DNA of 64,000 nucleotides from Leptolyngbyaceae cyanobacterium (GCA_965263355.1 CBDHHL010000056.1:2400001-2464000), one strand, 5' to 3'. Counted from the stretch's first letter, positions 29,945-40,260 are shown. Notes: a model not told the origin generated them from the letters alone. Program-made: numbers and translations.

Positions 29945-30834
29945 CTCAATTGTATTAGTTCAAGCAGCATTTTTTTGTAAAAGTCAGTGCTTCATCCCCT
30001 CTTGGGAAAATCACCTGGGAATAGATAAGGTACTAATGCCAGGAATTACCCCTATCTTGTTCAAAATATTCAGACGGACCTAGTAGCTAACTTTTGCAGC
30101 TCCTAGGTTCTTTTTTTTAAGGGAAACAGCATAACACCACAGGTACGATTATCCATTTGTTAGAAATAGGCACATCAAATCAAGCGATCGCATCAGAAAG
30201 GTACCCATGGGGGGTCTATCGGGGAAAAGGACTCAACAATACAATGAATCTGTAGCCGAGAGGGAACTAATTATGAAGCTTCCGTATTTTGACCTAAATT
30301 TTTAGGCCAATTCAGCAACTGTCTGCTAAGTACTCAGTACTTTTACAAACGTACTACATTAGGACTATCGGGAGCAAAGGGTAGTCACTATTCGTACTCC
30401 CTAAATCAATTGAGCAAATGATATGCGTCAGCTTAGGGCAAGTTAGTCCGGCAGCTCTAAGTTTTACATCAGGTCTACCAAGGTTTCTTAGGAGATAACA
30501 TAATGTCCCCAGTCCTCTTCATTTCATTACCTTTTGTACTACTGCTTCTTATGTCTCAAGGTGCTGGCACGCATAAACCCCCAAAGGTTAAGGACACTCA
30601 AGAATCAGATTTTCAGGATGGTGACATCATCATCATTCGGAAACAGTCTAAAAAGAAGTCTTAATGATAGGTAAAATGGATAGTAGATGCCCCTGAAGGA
30701 CAGTGTGTTGAGCATTGTGTTTTGCTCTGAGTTAAGAATCAGGGTCTCTCGCAATAATTTCGGCGAAGGATTTGTGATCTTCATCATCTCAACCTGTGTT
30801 CTAGCTCACTCTCACCATTAGGACAAACCCCAAG

Positions 30835-30862
30835 AAAAAGCCCCTACCGTTGGGTAGGGGCT
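30835..30862 (-). terminator. Intrinsic terminator on the minus strand
   Basis: 10-bp stem agcccctacc-gttg-ggtaggggct, with an adjacent A-run that reads as a U-tract on the minus strand. Confidence 0.7.
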
Positions 30863-31063
30863 CTACTGTGTTGTATCTCTGTTGAGAGGAGAAGGGAGAG
30901 AAAGATTGTGCGTCGTCTAGCTATCTACAAAACGCTAGATGCCTTGTAACTCATACCAAATCTGAGTTCATTAACCCCGATAAAAATACATCAATGCATA
31001 GGAGCAATCCCTTGTGGTTGCTCTGCGATATCGGATGCAAGTAGCCAAGATGTCGTACAGATT

Positions 31064-31261
31064 TTATGCCAAGAAACCAAGTCTCTTACCATTGTCGCGA
31101 GCCAAACGAATCAAATTCTGACGCTCGGTGCGGTCGATACCAAACCAATTACAAACTGTTGTAATCACTTTCGAATGGAGAGCAATCACCTTACCACGCA
31201 TTTGATTAAACTCACGCTTGCCAAGCTGACTACGAAGCAAAATTACAAGAGGTGCAAACAT
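31064..31261 (-). CDS. pgr5: PGR5-like protein (cyclic electron flow)
   Basis: MFAPLVILLRSQLGKREFNQMRGKVIALHSKVIT...RQNLIRLARDNGKRLGFLA, recognised as the PGR5/Ssr2016 family. AGGAG RBS. Confidence 0.92.
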   Translation of the reverse strand: MFAPLVILLRSQLGKREFNQMRGKVIALHSKVITTVCNWFGIDRTERQNLIRLARDNGKRLGFLA

Positions 31262-31354
31262 GTGGGCTCCTTGAAAATAAGTACATAAAAGGTCTTTTGT
31301 GGCCGTTACTTGAAGAGAATTAGAAGTGCTAGTGATAAGTAACGTGCTGCAACC

Positions 31355-31382
31355 TATGTAAACAATAGTAACGCAATGTAAC
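31355..31382 (-). promoter_or_regulatory. HLR1-type (RpaB) direct repeats upstream of pgr5
   Basis: Minus strand GTTACATT-gc-GTTACTAT-tg-TTTACATA versus consensus (G/T)TTACA(T/A)(T/A)-N2 repeats. Confidence 0.75.
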
Positions 31383-31649
31383 GATAACGTTACAAACTAT
31401 TGCATTTATTTTTCTTATGTGAGTTATTTCGACGTACAGGTATTTACGCCAGCACAAAGCAGCCAGCCTTCAATACTGACCATTAGAAGGGCTTCATAAC
31501 TGACACAAAACTGATGGCTTAAAGGATATGTACTGCGTCTATGAGTTGCTTGCGAGCTACGACAAGCCTTCAATTAATAGACCCTGCTATCCTGAATGTC
31601 TAGGAATACGGACACAACCGTTGACACTCCCTCTCTACGTTCCTCACCT

Positions 31650-33179
31650 TTAGGGGTCAGAGAGTGTTGAGGATGGAGGCACTGCCAACAATTGACTGGC
31701 TTCTACTTGCTCAGCCCAGACCGTCAGTGTTGTGCCTAGAGATTGGTTAAGGGATGCGATCGCATCCGCTAAGTCAATGGCTGCATTCACCTCATTATTT
31801 TGGGTAGCGACCACCGCATTTTGTAGCTCTAACACCTCAAAAATATCGCCCCCCCGTCCCAAGCGTTCTCTGGTAAGGGCATTCTCTAAACGCTGCTCAG
31901 CTAACTCACGAGCCAGCCGTGTTGCTTCGATACGATTGCGCGCTGATTCCACATTTCTTAGCTGATCCTCCACATCTAAGCGAATATCCGAATTCAGACG
32001 TTCGAGGTCATTGTTTAGCTGTTGCTGCCTGACCTGATTACGTTCAAAGGCCGTTTTTGTAGATTCATCGTCCAGCAGGTGCGTTAACACGAGTTCCGTT
32101 GACGCCTCGGAAAAATCCCCCGTACTGGCATTAGCCCGCAAGTCCAAGTTCCAGCGTCGGTTATCAACCGCAACTATTTCTTCAAGTTTGGCAATTTTTA
32201 GCTCAAATTGTAGTTGCTGATAATCGGGTCGATTTGCATAGGCAACCGCCGCTAACTGAGCCAGAGATGGCATTACAAACTCTCGATCAATGGTATTGAG
32301 CATAGAGAGGGCTTGGTCAGGAATTGTAATCTCTAACGAATCGGATACATCCAACAGATTGAGGAGATTAGACTTGGCCTGTTCGAGATCATTTTCAGCT
32401 TCTAGCACAGTTGTTTCCGTAGCAGCCAGGTTAGCATCAATTTCCACGAGTTCAAACTGAGCCCGACGCCCCGCCTCGACGAGTGCCTCAATCGACCGTC
32501 GCTGTTGTTGCTGTGTGGTCAATGACAGACGTTGAATTCGCAAAGCAGCCTGGGTGCGAATCAACCCATGATAAGCTTGAACACCACTGGTAATATCGGT
32601 AATTAAACGCTGTCGTAACTCCAGCTGGTTGTTTTCTTCCTGTAGTCTTGCAATCTCAATCTGTGAGGTATTGACGGCTCTACCCCCTCCCCGCAACAAC
32701 GGCTGGGTCAGACTCAGATCAAGTTCTCGATCATCTACATCGACACTGACTTCAATATCAGTACCCAAGGGAGTTAAAAATTCTGCCCGTAGCAATGCTT
32801 CACGAGTCACTTCAGGCACAGCATCTTCTTGATCGCTGAGGCCAATACTGAGGGTGGGAATAAAATCTGGTAAAAAGATACTTTCTGCTTCTTCTAATTC
32901 TTGCCGTTGAACAATTCTATCCAGAGTTGCATTTCTGAGGTCGAGATTATTTTCTAATAATAACTTAACCACGTCTGCCGCAGTCAGAGAGATATCTGCA
33001 GAGCCATTGTCGTTGTCATCTGTGGTTGACGAGTCTGTCGTTGCAGGAGCTGCTCTAGGGGGCGGCACATCGGCTGGGGGCAATTCTGGCAGGCCAGTTT
33101 GGGCTAAACCAGGGTACATAATTAACCCCAACAAAGTACTGACAAACAGAATTTGGTTAAGTTGACTTTGTAATCGCAT
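31650..33179 (-). CDS. TolC family outer-membrane efflux protein
   Basis: Signal peptide, LLENNLDL, LTQPLLRGGG, ANRPDY, two helical OEP repeats. Confidence 0.9.
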   Translation of the reverse strand: MRLQSQLNQILFVSTLLGLIMYPGLAQTGLPELPPADVPPPRAAPATTDSSTTDDNDNGSADISLTAADVVKLLLENNLDLRNATLDRIVQRQELEEAESIFLPDFIPTLSIGLSDQEDAVPEVTREALLRAEFLTPLGTDIEVSVDVDDRELDLSLTQPLLRGGGRAVNTSQIEIARLQEENNQLELRQRLITDITSGVQAYHGLIRTQAALRIQRLSLTTQQQQRRSIEALVEAGRRAQFELVEIDANLAATETTVLEAENDLEQAKSNLLNLLDVSDSLEITIPDQALSMLNTIDREFVMPSLAQLAAVAYANRPDYQQLQFELKIAKLEEIVAVDNRRWNLDLRANASTGDFSEASTELVLTHLLDDESTKTAFERNQVRQQQLNNDLERLNSDIRLDVEDQLRNVESARNRIEATRLARELAEQRLENALTRERLGRGGDIFEVLELQNAVVATQNNEVNAAIDLADAIASLNQSLGTTLTVWAEQVEASQLLAVPPSSTLSDP

Positions 33180-34363
33180 CAGTCACTCCGCAGGGCTTTA
33201 ACAATATCAACTTGGGTGGCACGCAACGCTGGAATAAAACTGGCTCCCACACCAACCGCTACCGCCGCCCCCATAGACAGGGCAGCATTACGAGGAGAAA
33301 ATCGATAGGGGGCTTGAATAACAACGGTTGTAGCAACGTGAGTCAGGCCATGGACAGTGGCTACCGCGACTCCGCCCCCCAACAAGCTTAAAATCACAGC
33401 CTCTAAAATAAACTGGCTCATCACTTCTATCTTAGATGCCCCAATGGCACGACGAATACCAATTTCTTTGGTTCGTTCCAACACGGTCGCAACCGTAATG
33501 TTGGCAATGCCGACGCCACCAATCACAAGGGCAATCAACCCCACAGCGGTGAGGGCAGCTGAGGCAATCTGTTGGACTTCTAAATCTTCAAATAAGTCAT
33601 CTGCATTACTCCAAACATGCACCTCTGCCTGGGGAAAGCTCTCGATCAAGAAGTTTTCCACTGCGTCACTTAAGTCATTGATTTGGGTCAAGGAGTAGGC
33701 GCTAATTTGTAATGAATCCCATCGACGTCCTCCCGATAAAACGGTAGCAAAGGTTTCGGTCATCCAAAGTTCTCCCCCTGTACCCCACTCAGAGTTAGAT
33801 TTGGACTCCATCACACCGATAATGACAAAGCGATTGCCATTGGCATAAATTGCCTGATTTAAGGGGGATTTCTCCTGAAACAGACTGACGGCTAATTGCT
33901 CATCCACTAAGACAACAGGACGATATTGATCAACATCCGCTTGATCAAAAAAACGTCCCTGCAGCATCCGTCGTCCTGTGGTGTCTAAATAGTTAAGAGA
34001 GACACTACGGGCGCGAATTTCAGCTTCTTCTGCCTCATGCTGCACCGTATCAATGCTGTAAACATTGCTGATGGCACTAATAGCGCGAATTTCAGGAATT
34101 GAGTTTGTCAGTGCTTTTTGAAAGGTTTCATCTAGCTCAGGTTCAGGACCTTCCCGTGTCCAGACCCAGGGACTGACAAAGGGCCGATCACGCTCCGCTA
34201 GCTTGAGATTAATTTGCTCGCGGGTAATGGTTTGAATATTCAGGGTGGCACTGACCGCACCCACCCCCATAAATACTCCAAACGCCGTCAAACTAGACCG
34301 TAACCACTGATTCGTCAGGGAGCGCCAGGTCATCAATAAAAGGTCAGGTAAGGGCAGTCCCAT
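33179..34363 (-). CDS. MacB/FtsX-like ABC permease (no fused ATPase)
   Basis: LRSSLTAFGVFMGV, GRFF, IGGVGIANI...VLERTKEIGIRRAIGA...QFILEA, IPALRA...IVKALR. Confidence 0.93.
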   Translation of the reverse strand: MGLPLPDLLLMTWRSLTNQWLRSSLTAFGVFMGVGAVSATLNIQTITREQINLKLAERDRPFVSPWVWTREGPEPELDETFQKALTNSIPEIRAISAISNVYSIDTVQHEAEEAEIRARSVSLNYLDTTGRRMLQGRFFDQADVDQYRPVVLVDEQLAVSLFQEKSPLNQAIYANGNRFVIIGVMESKSNSEWGTGGELWMTETFATVLSGGRRWDSLQISAYSLTQINDLSDAVENFLIESFPQAEVHVWSNADDLFEDLEVQQIASAALTAVGLIALVIGGVGIANITVATVLERTKEIGIRRAIGASKIEVMSQFILEAVILSLLGGGVAVATVHGLTHVATTVVIQAPYRFSPRNAALSMGAAVAVGVGASFIPALRATQVDIVKALRSD

Positions 34364-34368
34364 GGCAG

Positions 34369-35682
34369 TTATGGTTCTGGGTCCAATGCATCGGGCAAGA
34401 AAAATTCAGAGGAGTCACTAATGGGTGTACCAGGGGCAATGGTCAGCGTCGGTGGCACCAGGGCAATCTGATCATTGACACTCAGTCCTTTAGTCACCGC
34501 TACCAGGTCTAGACCTTGGAGGCCTAATTCAATCGGCTGCTGAGTTGCATTCCCTCGCTGATTTCGCAACCAGACAAACGGTTGCTCGCCATCTCGCTGC
34601 ACGGCTTCAGGCGGCACTACTAATACATCTTGCTGCTGCTCTGTAATAATTTCAACGCTGACAAAACTGCCAGGAATCAAAGTCTGACTAGCACTGTCTA
34701 AGCGTACTTGAGCGGTAACTCTGGCTTGATCATCTGAGGAATTTCGGCGATTGCCGGCGGCTAAAGCCTGGGGAGCTAGGGCCACCACACGTCCATCATA
34801 ATCCTGGGCATCAGGGCCAATGGCACGAATTCTGGCGGGTTGATTAATGCTGACTTTTGCCGCATCTAAGGTTGACAGCTGCAGAGCAACAATTTCTTGG
34901 CTGGGGTCCCCCAGGGTCAGTAGGTCAGTCTCAGTGGCAATGGCGTGACCAGGACTCACCTGCACATCCAGGACCACACCATCAATGGGGGAGCTGACAA
35001 CTCGATCGTTGAGCTGCTGCTCTAATAGGGTCAGCTGCTCAGATGCCGTCTTTAAGTCCAACTCGGTTTTGGTGACGGCTAATTGCCTGTCCTTGAGTGT
35101 GGAACGGGTATTGTCTAGCTCTGTTTGATCGCGCCGCACCTCGTCTTTAGGAATAAAGCCCTCAGCCGCTAATGTCTGGGATTCTTGATATCGCTCTAGG
35201 GCGGCATTCACCTGCTGCTGCACTTCGGTGACTTTTTCTTTGTCACGGGTGAGTTGAAGCTGAAATTTTTGGATTTCGACTTGCTGCGATCGCACATCTT
35301 GCTCTCTCTTGCGATCGCGCAGTACCACCAGCGGCTGACCAGCGGCTACTCGACTCCGCACATCCACCAGCACCTGCTCTACCGTGGCTTCATTTTGAGG
35401 GGACTTCAGGGTCTGCTGCCCCCCCAATGCCAGGGTGCCACTGGCGGTTACTGTTAGCTCGACAGTCGAACGCTCCACCGTATGGAGTGGCACGGCAATT
35501 GGCTCTGATGTAGTACTGCCATACCGCCTATAGCCCCAAATAGCGATACCGCCTAAGGCCGTAAACCCCACTAGCCAGATTGCGATCGCACGATACCTTA
35601 ATGAGTGAGGCGTCGACCTCAACGGCTCCACAGCCGTCAGCAACGTTTCCCCAGACTGCTCTGGAGCCCTAGCATCTGTCAT
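34369..35682 (-). CDS. MacA/HlyD-like periplasmic adaptor (membrane fusion protein)
   Basis: N-terminal TM, lipoyl halves (VAAGQPL; SPIDGVV), coiled coil, LIPGSFV, VPPEAV. Confidence 0.93.
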   Translation of the reverse strand: MTDARAPEQSGETLLTAVEPLRSTPHSLRYRAIAIWLVGFTALGGIAIWGYRRYGSTTSEPIAVPLHTVERSTVELTVTASGTLALGGQQTLKSPQNEATVEQVLVDVRSRVAAGQPLVVLRDRKREQDVRSQQVEIQKFQLQLTRDKEKVTEVQQQVNAALERYQESQTLAAEGFIPKDEVRRDQTELDNTRSTLKDRQLAVTKTELDLKTASEQLTLLEQQLNDRVVSSPIDGVVLDVQVSPGHAIATETDLLTLGDPSQEIVALQLSTLDAAKVSINQPARIRAIGPDAQDYDGRVVALAPQALAAGNRRNSSDDQARVTAQVRLDSASQTLIPGSFVSVEIITEQQQDVLVVPPEAVQRDGEQPFVWLRNQRGNATQQPIELGLQGLDLVAVTKGLSVNDQIALVPPTLTIAPGTPISDSSEFFLPDALDPEP

Positions 35683-35765
35683 ATTCTCTGCTACTTAAAC
35701 GGCAAATGCCCGTGATGTCCATTAATCAAATCTTACAAAGATTAACCGCTGGGTGTCCAATCACA

Positions 35766-35799
35766 CTTGCCCAAAAGTAGAGCTTGCCCAAAAGTAGAG
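35766..35799. repeat. Perfect 17-bp tandem duplication
   Basis: cttgcccaaaagtagag x2. Confidence 0.9.
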
Positions 35800-35944
35800 A
35801 AACCTGTACCTTATGCTCCGGATCCTTAAAGGCGACCTTACAGCCCGCATCCCAGTCATCTTAACGACGAGCACCATGGCTCACGATAATCATCGCACAG
35901 CAAGATTGTCGCAAGTTGTCAACAGCTTACTGCAGAGAGTCTGA
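35766..35944 (+). pseudogene. Remnant of a single-domain response regulator (Rcp1-like REC)
   Basis: LPK(V) then MLRILKGDLTARIPVILTTS...SQVVNSLL (35813-35944), resembling LPKVDGLEVLRxIKxDPxTxxIPVVILTTS...GVNSY. The N-terminal acidic pocket is missing. Confidence 0.55.
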
Positions 35945-36068
35945 TAGTAGCACATTTTGTCACAAGCCATACATCCCATAACATCTGAGGCAGACACATC
36001 TATCACTATCCCCTCTGAATCTCACTGAAAAAATCAGAGAAAAACATCTCACGTTAACTGAATAATCC

Positions 36069-36800
36069 CTAAACGATCAACAACAAAGTTGTATAAAGAG
36101 CAGCACCCGTCATAAAGGAGAAGAAACAACTTTGTATTTCATCGGGTAGTTCGTGCTTCAAAATATTGAGGATGATACTGCCAGCTAGAAAAGACCAAAC
36201 AAGAGAGATCCCAGCTTCGCCGAGGTGTAGGGATTGTCCTGCGATCGCACCCACCATAATCGCCGCCGTCAATAGCCAACGTCCATACTTATCATAGGGA
36301 ACCTGATGGTGCTCCCGTAAGCCATGATCAACAATAAAAAAGTGCAGTGCGATAGCTGCAAAAAATAATAAACACTGCAACAGAGTATGGCTGGTTAACT
36401 CCTGTAGTAAATATCCCACAATCACATTAAGCACAGTAAAACCAGCAATATGAATCCAGAAAACAGTATGGTGGGCACTATCTTGATTGTTATTAATTTT
36501 GTTAGTCTGGCGAGATTTGAGCGCTAAGATATCTAAACCGTAGAACATTAACAAGCCCAGCAATGCTAGCAAATAAACATGATTTTCCAAATAGGCAAAC
36601 AATGGAATTTCAGAATGTTCTATCGCTTCTTGAGCATGGCTTAACTCTGGAAAAACTTCAAGAAAAACATAGCCAATGGATACGCCTCCCGCAAAGGACA
36701 TCCAACGAAATTCAGGAATAAAGGAAAAAATCTTTAGCTTAGAAACAAATGCATGAACAAATGCTAGGCCAACTGCTAACGCAATCCCTGGTCCAGACAT
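36069..36800 (-). CDS. Integral membrane protein, ZIP-like (His-containing TM motifs)
   Basis: About 8 TM segments; SFAGGVSIGYVFLEVFPEL, ALHFFIVDHGLREHH, FLAGSIILNILKHELP. Confidence 0.7.
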   Translation of the reverse strand: MSGPGIALAVGLAFVHAFVSKLKIFSFIPEFRWMSFAGGVSIGYVFLEVFPELSHAQEAIEHSEIPLFAYLENHVYLLALLGLLMFYGLDILALKSRQTNKINNNQDSAHHTVFWIHIAGFTVLNVIVGYLLQELTSHTLLQCLLFFAAIALHFFIVDHGLREHHQVPYDKYGRWLLTAAIMVGAIAGQSLHLGEAGISLVWSFLAGSIILNILKHELPDEIQSCFFSFMTGAALYTTLLLIV

Positions 36801-37299
36801 AATTTTCCCTTAACTCTATAAGTCGGTACGCTACTGACAATGGTGATATAAGTTTAGACTGCAGGCTAACGTTGCTTACCTAAATTAACTTTCAATACAG
36901 ATATCACTCCTATCGCTAGCCGCTAAAACAACAATTGGCTCTATTGCTTTGCTCTCTCAGAAAACCACTGTGTGGTCTATCGCACTGACCATGAAGAATA
37001 GGTCTTAAGGTTCATCGAAACTTGAATGGGAAGTTGCTTCAAAGCTAAGTAGGATATGGATTAATTATTAAGGCTCTGAACTCGCTCAAGAATCCCTGAT
37101 ATTTTTAGTCGGTAACCCTGCTAAGATTTAGAAATCTTCAAAACATTAGGGACAGATCACTTTCTCCTAACGATAGCGATAGAGCGTAATTGTTCTCGGG
37201 CATTACCATAGTTTTTCAACCACATCCCGATAAAACTACTGGGTTACATCTATTATTCCGGATGTGGGCATAGTCGATTTTCAGTCACACTCAGTTCCC

Positions 37300-37872
37300 A
37301 TGGAAGATTTTGATCGCTATGGCTTTTCCAGGCATGACCTGAATGTAAGAGCCGCTCATTCGCTATGTAGAGCAGGCTGGATGTTGGCTGAAATCAATGG
37401 TGTTCTTCAGAACGGTGACATTAGCCCCACAGGATTTCAAATCATCCGACAGCAAGCAACCACCCTGGACCAGCTACAGCGCCAATTTGGTCCACCCCCA
37501 GCGTTGCGACCAGCTCCCGTAACCTCATCCACTGATATTAAGCTCATGGAGGTTGATATCAACCGAGTGCCAACTATGCGAGTCATGAATCGCGGCGTAG
37601 AAGAAGCTGCTGCTGTGCTGAGTCACCATGGCTGGCATTTTTCGCAAATTCGCAGAGTGCTTAAAGCACCAGAGACACCGTTAGGGGATCTAGGATTGGC
37701 CTTAATACATGAACTCCAGCAAGAGTATCAAACACCACGCAGTAATCTACGTAAATCCCCGCAGACAATTCCTCAGAAGCCGACTGTCTCTAGGGTTCAG
37801 ATATTCGTCATCTTATTTTGGGTGGGCCTGTCAATTTTTATTGGAGTTTCATTGATTCTTCACCTGCTGTGA
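37300..37872 (+). CDS. Hypothetical protein with a C-terminal TM anchor (paralog A)
   Basis: Two internal AAxxLxxxGWxxxxIxxVL motifs and a hydrophobic tail. Start at 37300 (alternative 37264). Confidence 0.75.
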   Translation: MEDFDRYGFSRHDLNVRAAHSLCRAGWMLAEINGVLQNGDISPTGFQIIRQQATTLDQLQRQFGPPPALRPAPVTSSTDIKLMEVDINRVPTMRVMNRGVEEAAAVLSHHGWHFSQIRRVLKAPETPLGDLGLALIHELQQEYQTPRSNLRKSPQTIPQKPTVSRVQIFVILFWVGLSIFIGVSLILHLL

Positions 37873-38083
37873 AGTTTTTGGCGAGACATATCAGGAGAAT
37901 CACTGTTCCCTTCGTATGTCGTTTATATGTAGTTATAAATCAGAGTATCCAGACCGCTAATTTAGGGTCAGGAATTGCTCAGTTCACGTCCACTTAGTCA
38001 TAGCAGTTATACGCAATCCAGAAGTGCTCCAAGTTCGGGCAAACGTATTTATCTAGCTAAGTATTTGATAAGTCTAGGGTTAT

Positions 38084-38728
38084 ATGAAAAACGTTCAGCA
38101 TCATGATGCCTTACTGGAGCAAGCTATAGATATCAGAGCTGCTCGCACCTTATGTAGAGATGGTTGGTCATGCAAGCAAATTAATGCTGTCCTGAAAAAT
38201 ACTAAAATCAGCGCTCAGGAATTTGTCGATATGCAGACTCAGTCCAGGGAACTGGATAAACTCCAGAACGTGTTTGGCTCGCCGGATGACTCTTTAGCTG
38301 TAGGTCATGCTGAGCCTAATCAGTCAGAGCTTGATTTTCTGAACCGTGGTCCCGATGCAGCTGTAGCGGTGTTAAAAGAAAAAGGGTGGAATAACTACGA
38401 AATTAGCCTTGTCATCCAGGAATCCATGTTTGCATCCCTGGATGAACCTACAGTTGACTGGCCTGAACAGCAACAGCCTGGAGAGATCGCCGGACATGGT
38501 GCGGCAATCCCTCCACAGACTGCGCCGCCTAGCCATAGTTATCCACCGCCCCACAGTTATAACCAGGGCCCAAGGGCTGCTGCCATTAGCAATATCTCGA
38601 CCCCTGGATTAGCCTCAAATAGACGCGCACCTCATCGCAGAAGTGCACTCCAGAACTTTGGACGTGACGTATTTATATTGGCATTTATGGCTGGATTAGC
38701 CCTGGCATTGCTATTTACCTTGCTGTAA
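38084..38728 (+). CDS. Hypothetical protein with a C-terminal TM anchor (paralog B)
   Basis: IRAARTLCRDGW...INAVLKN..IS...F...LDKLQNVFGSP aligns with paralog A. Confidence 0.78.
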   Translation: MKNVQHHDALLEQAIDIRAARTLCRDGWSCKQINAVLKNTKISAQEFVDMQTQSRELDKLQNVFGSPDDSLAVGHAEPNQSELDFLNRGPDAAVAVLKEKGWNNYEISLVIQESMFASLDEPTVDWPEQQQPGEIAGHGAAIPPQTAPPSHSYPPPHSYNQGPRAAAISNISTPGLASNRRAPHRRSALQNFGRDVFILAFMAGLALALLFTLL

Positions 38729-38734
38729 ACAGCC

Positions 38735-39007
38735 TCAATACTCAACGACAAATTCGTCAAAACGATTGATTGGCAGACAGTTTTCAACTTCGATGCGTGT
38801 AACACTTGAACGCTCGGAACCTTTTTTTGTCCATTCAATTAGCGCCTTAAGCTGGTCATCAGGCCCATCAGCAACAATTTCTACCGTATGGTCGGGCTTA
38901 TTGATAACATAGCCCGTCAAACTCAATGCCTGAGCTTTTTTACGTGTGTGATAACGAAAGCCCACACCTTGCACTCGGCCATACACCGTAATTTTTATTC
39001 GTGACAT
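38735..39007 (-). CDS. acyP: Acylphosphatase
   Basis: VYGRVQGVGFR, GYVIN.PD..VE. Confidence 0.95.
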   Translation of the reverse strand: MSRIKITVYGRVQGVGFRYHTRKKAQALSLTGYVINKPDHTVEIVADGPDDQLKALIEWTKKGSERSSVTRIEVENCLPINRFDEFVVEY

Positions 39008-39128
39008 CTAAGGGGTGAACTAACTGGTTACCCCTTATTTTGTATCAAAATGTAATTATTTTTTAAGTTTTATTAAGAGGCAAAATTTTAGTGGCCAGGG
39101 TATTTGTTTTTCAAAATGTCAGCGCAAT

Positions 39129-40154
39129 TTACCTTGACAAAGGGGCAGCATGATAAGTAATTCTACTCATTGGATCTGGGATTTGAACCAAGGCTGCTTT
39201 TACGGTGTCAACACCAGCCCCTGGTCGACAGCTATGGTCAGTCAAATGACGTTTCCAGGCCCGACTGCCAGGTTGACCATGAAAGAGCTGCAGCATATGA
39301 CGGGTAATGGAGTGAAGCTTTGTACCTTGTTCGGTCCAATGGGCGATGTAGGGCAGCATCGCAGTCACGACTTGGTGACGTGTTAGGGGCTCACCCATTG
39401 CGTAAATATCACGGTCAGCCAGGGCAAAAATATAGGGTGTGTCATAGGCGGCGCGACCAATCATCACCGCATCTACATGCTGCAGATGCGTCTGGGAAAC
39501 CTCTAAGGTTTTGATTCCTCCATTGATTTCAATCCACAACTTGGGATATTCCTCTTTAAGGCGATAAACGTCGTCGTAGCGCAGGGGAGGAATATTGCGA
39601 TTGTCTTTGGGGCTCACCCCCTGTAGCCATGCTTTACGGGCATGAACAGTAAACCGACGACAGCCAGCTGACGCTACAGTGGTGACAAATTTCACCATGT
39701 CTTCGTAGCGATCGCACTCATCAATCCCAATCCGATGCTTTACGGTCACCGGAATCCTGACAGTCGCCTGCATCGCTGATATACAATCTGCTACTAATGC
39801 TGGTTGCCCCATTAGACAGGCACCAAAGTTGCCACTTTGCACGCGATTACTGGGACAGCCCACATTCAAATTGACTTCGTCATATCCCATGTCCTCAGCA
39901 ATCTGTGCACACTTAGCCAACAGTTGAGGATGATCCCCGCCAATTTGAAGCGATAGGGGCTTTTCAGCCGGATCAAAGCCGAGTAGTTTGTTGCGATCTC
40001 CATAGAGAATAGCTTGGGCCGTAATCATCTCGGTATAGAGCAGCGTTTTCCGCGTAATCTGCCGCATAAAATAACGAAAATGCCGATCTGTGCGGTCCAT
40101 CATAGGCGCCACACTGAGGGGATAAAGGCGTTGAGCGATTGGAGTAGAAAGCAT
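39129..40154 (-). CDS. dusA: tRNA-dihydrouridine(20/20a) synthase
   Basis: SVAPMMDRTDRHFRY, LYTEM, NLNVGCPS, HARKAWLQG, INGGI, MIGRAAY. Confidence 0.95.
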   Translation of the reverse strand: MLSTPIAQRLYPLSVAPMMDRTDRHFRYFMRQITRKTLLYTEMITAQAILYGDRNKLLGFDPAEKPLSLQIGGDHPQLLAKCAQIAEDMGYDEVNLNVGCPSNRVQSGNFGACLMGQPALVADCISAMQATVRIPVTVKHRIGIDECDRYEDMVKFVTTVASAGCRRFTVHARKAWLQGVSPKDNRNIPPLRYDDVYRLKEEYPKLWIEINGGIKTLEVSQTHLQHVDAVMIGRAAYDTPYIFALADRDIYAMGEPLTRHQVVTAMLPYIAHWTEQGTKLHSITRHMLQLFHGQPGSRAWKRHLTDHSCRPGAGVDTVKAALVQIPDPMSRITYHAAPLSR

Positions 40155-40260
40155 TGAGCAACTGATCAAGCAGTGGGTGAATAGCGCATTAGCTTTGTTG
40201 GATTTCGCGTAGCTTTACCCAACAAAACCAAGGGGTGGTTAGAGACATGTAAAACCCAAC

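Noticed and set aside
30605..30787. 60-aa minus-strand ORF after the terminator (possible attenuated gene)
   Set aside because: No family motif and a weak RBS; cannot be supported as a gene.
24275..35985. Other GTCAC occurrences (e.g. 24275, 30384, 35959) as ECF promoters
   Set aside because: No CACTA-like element 17 nt downstream.
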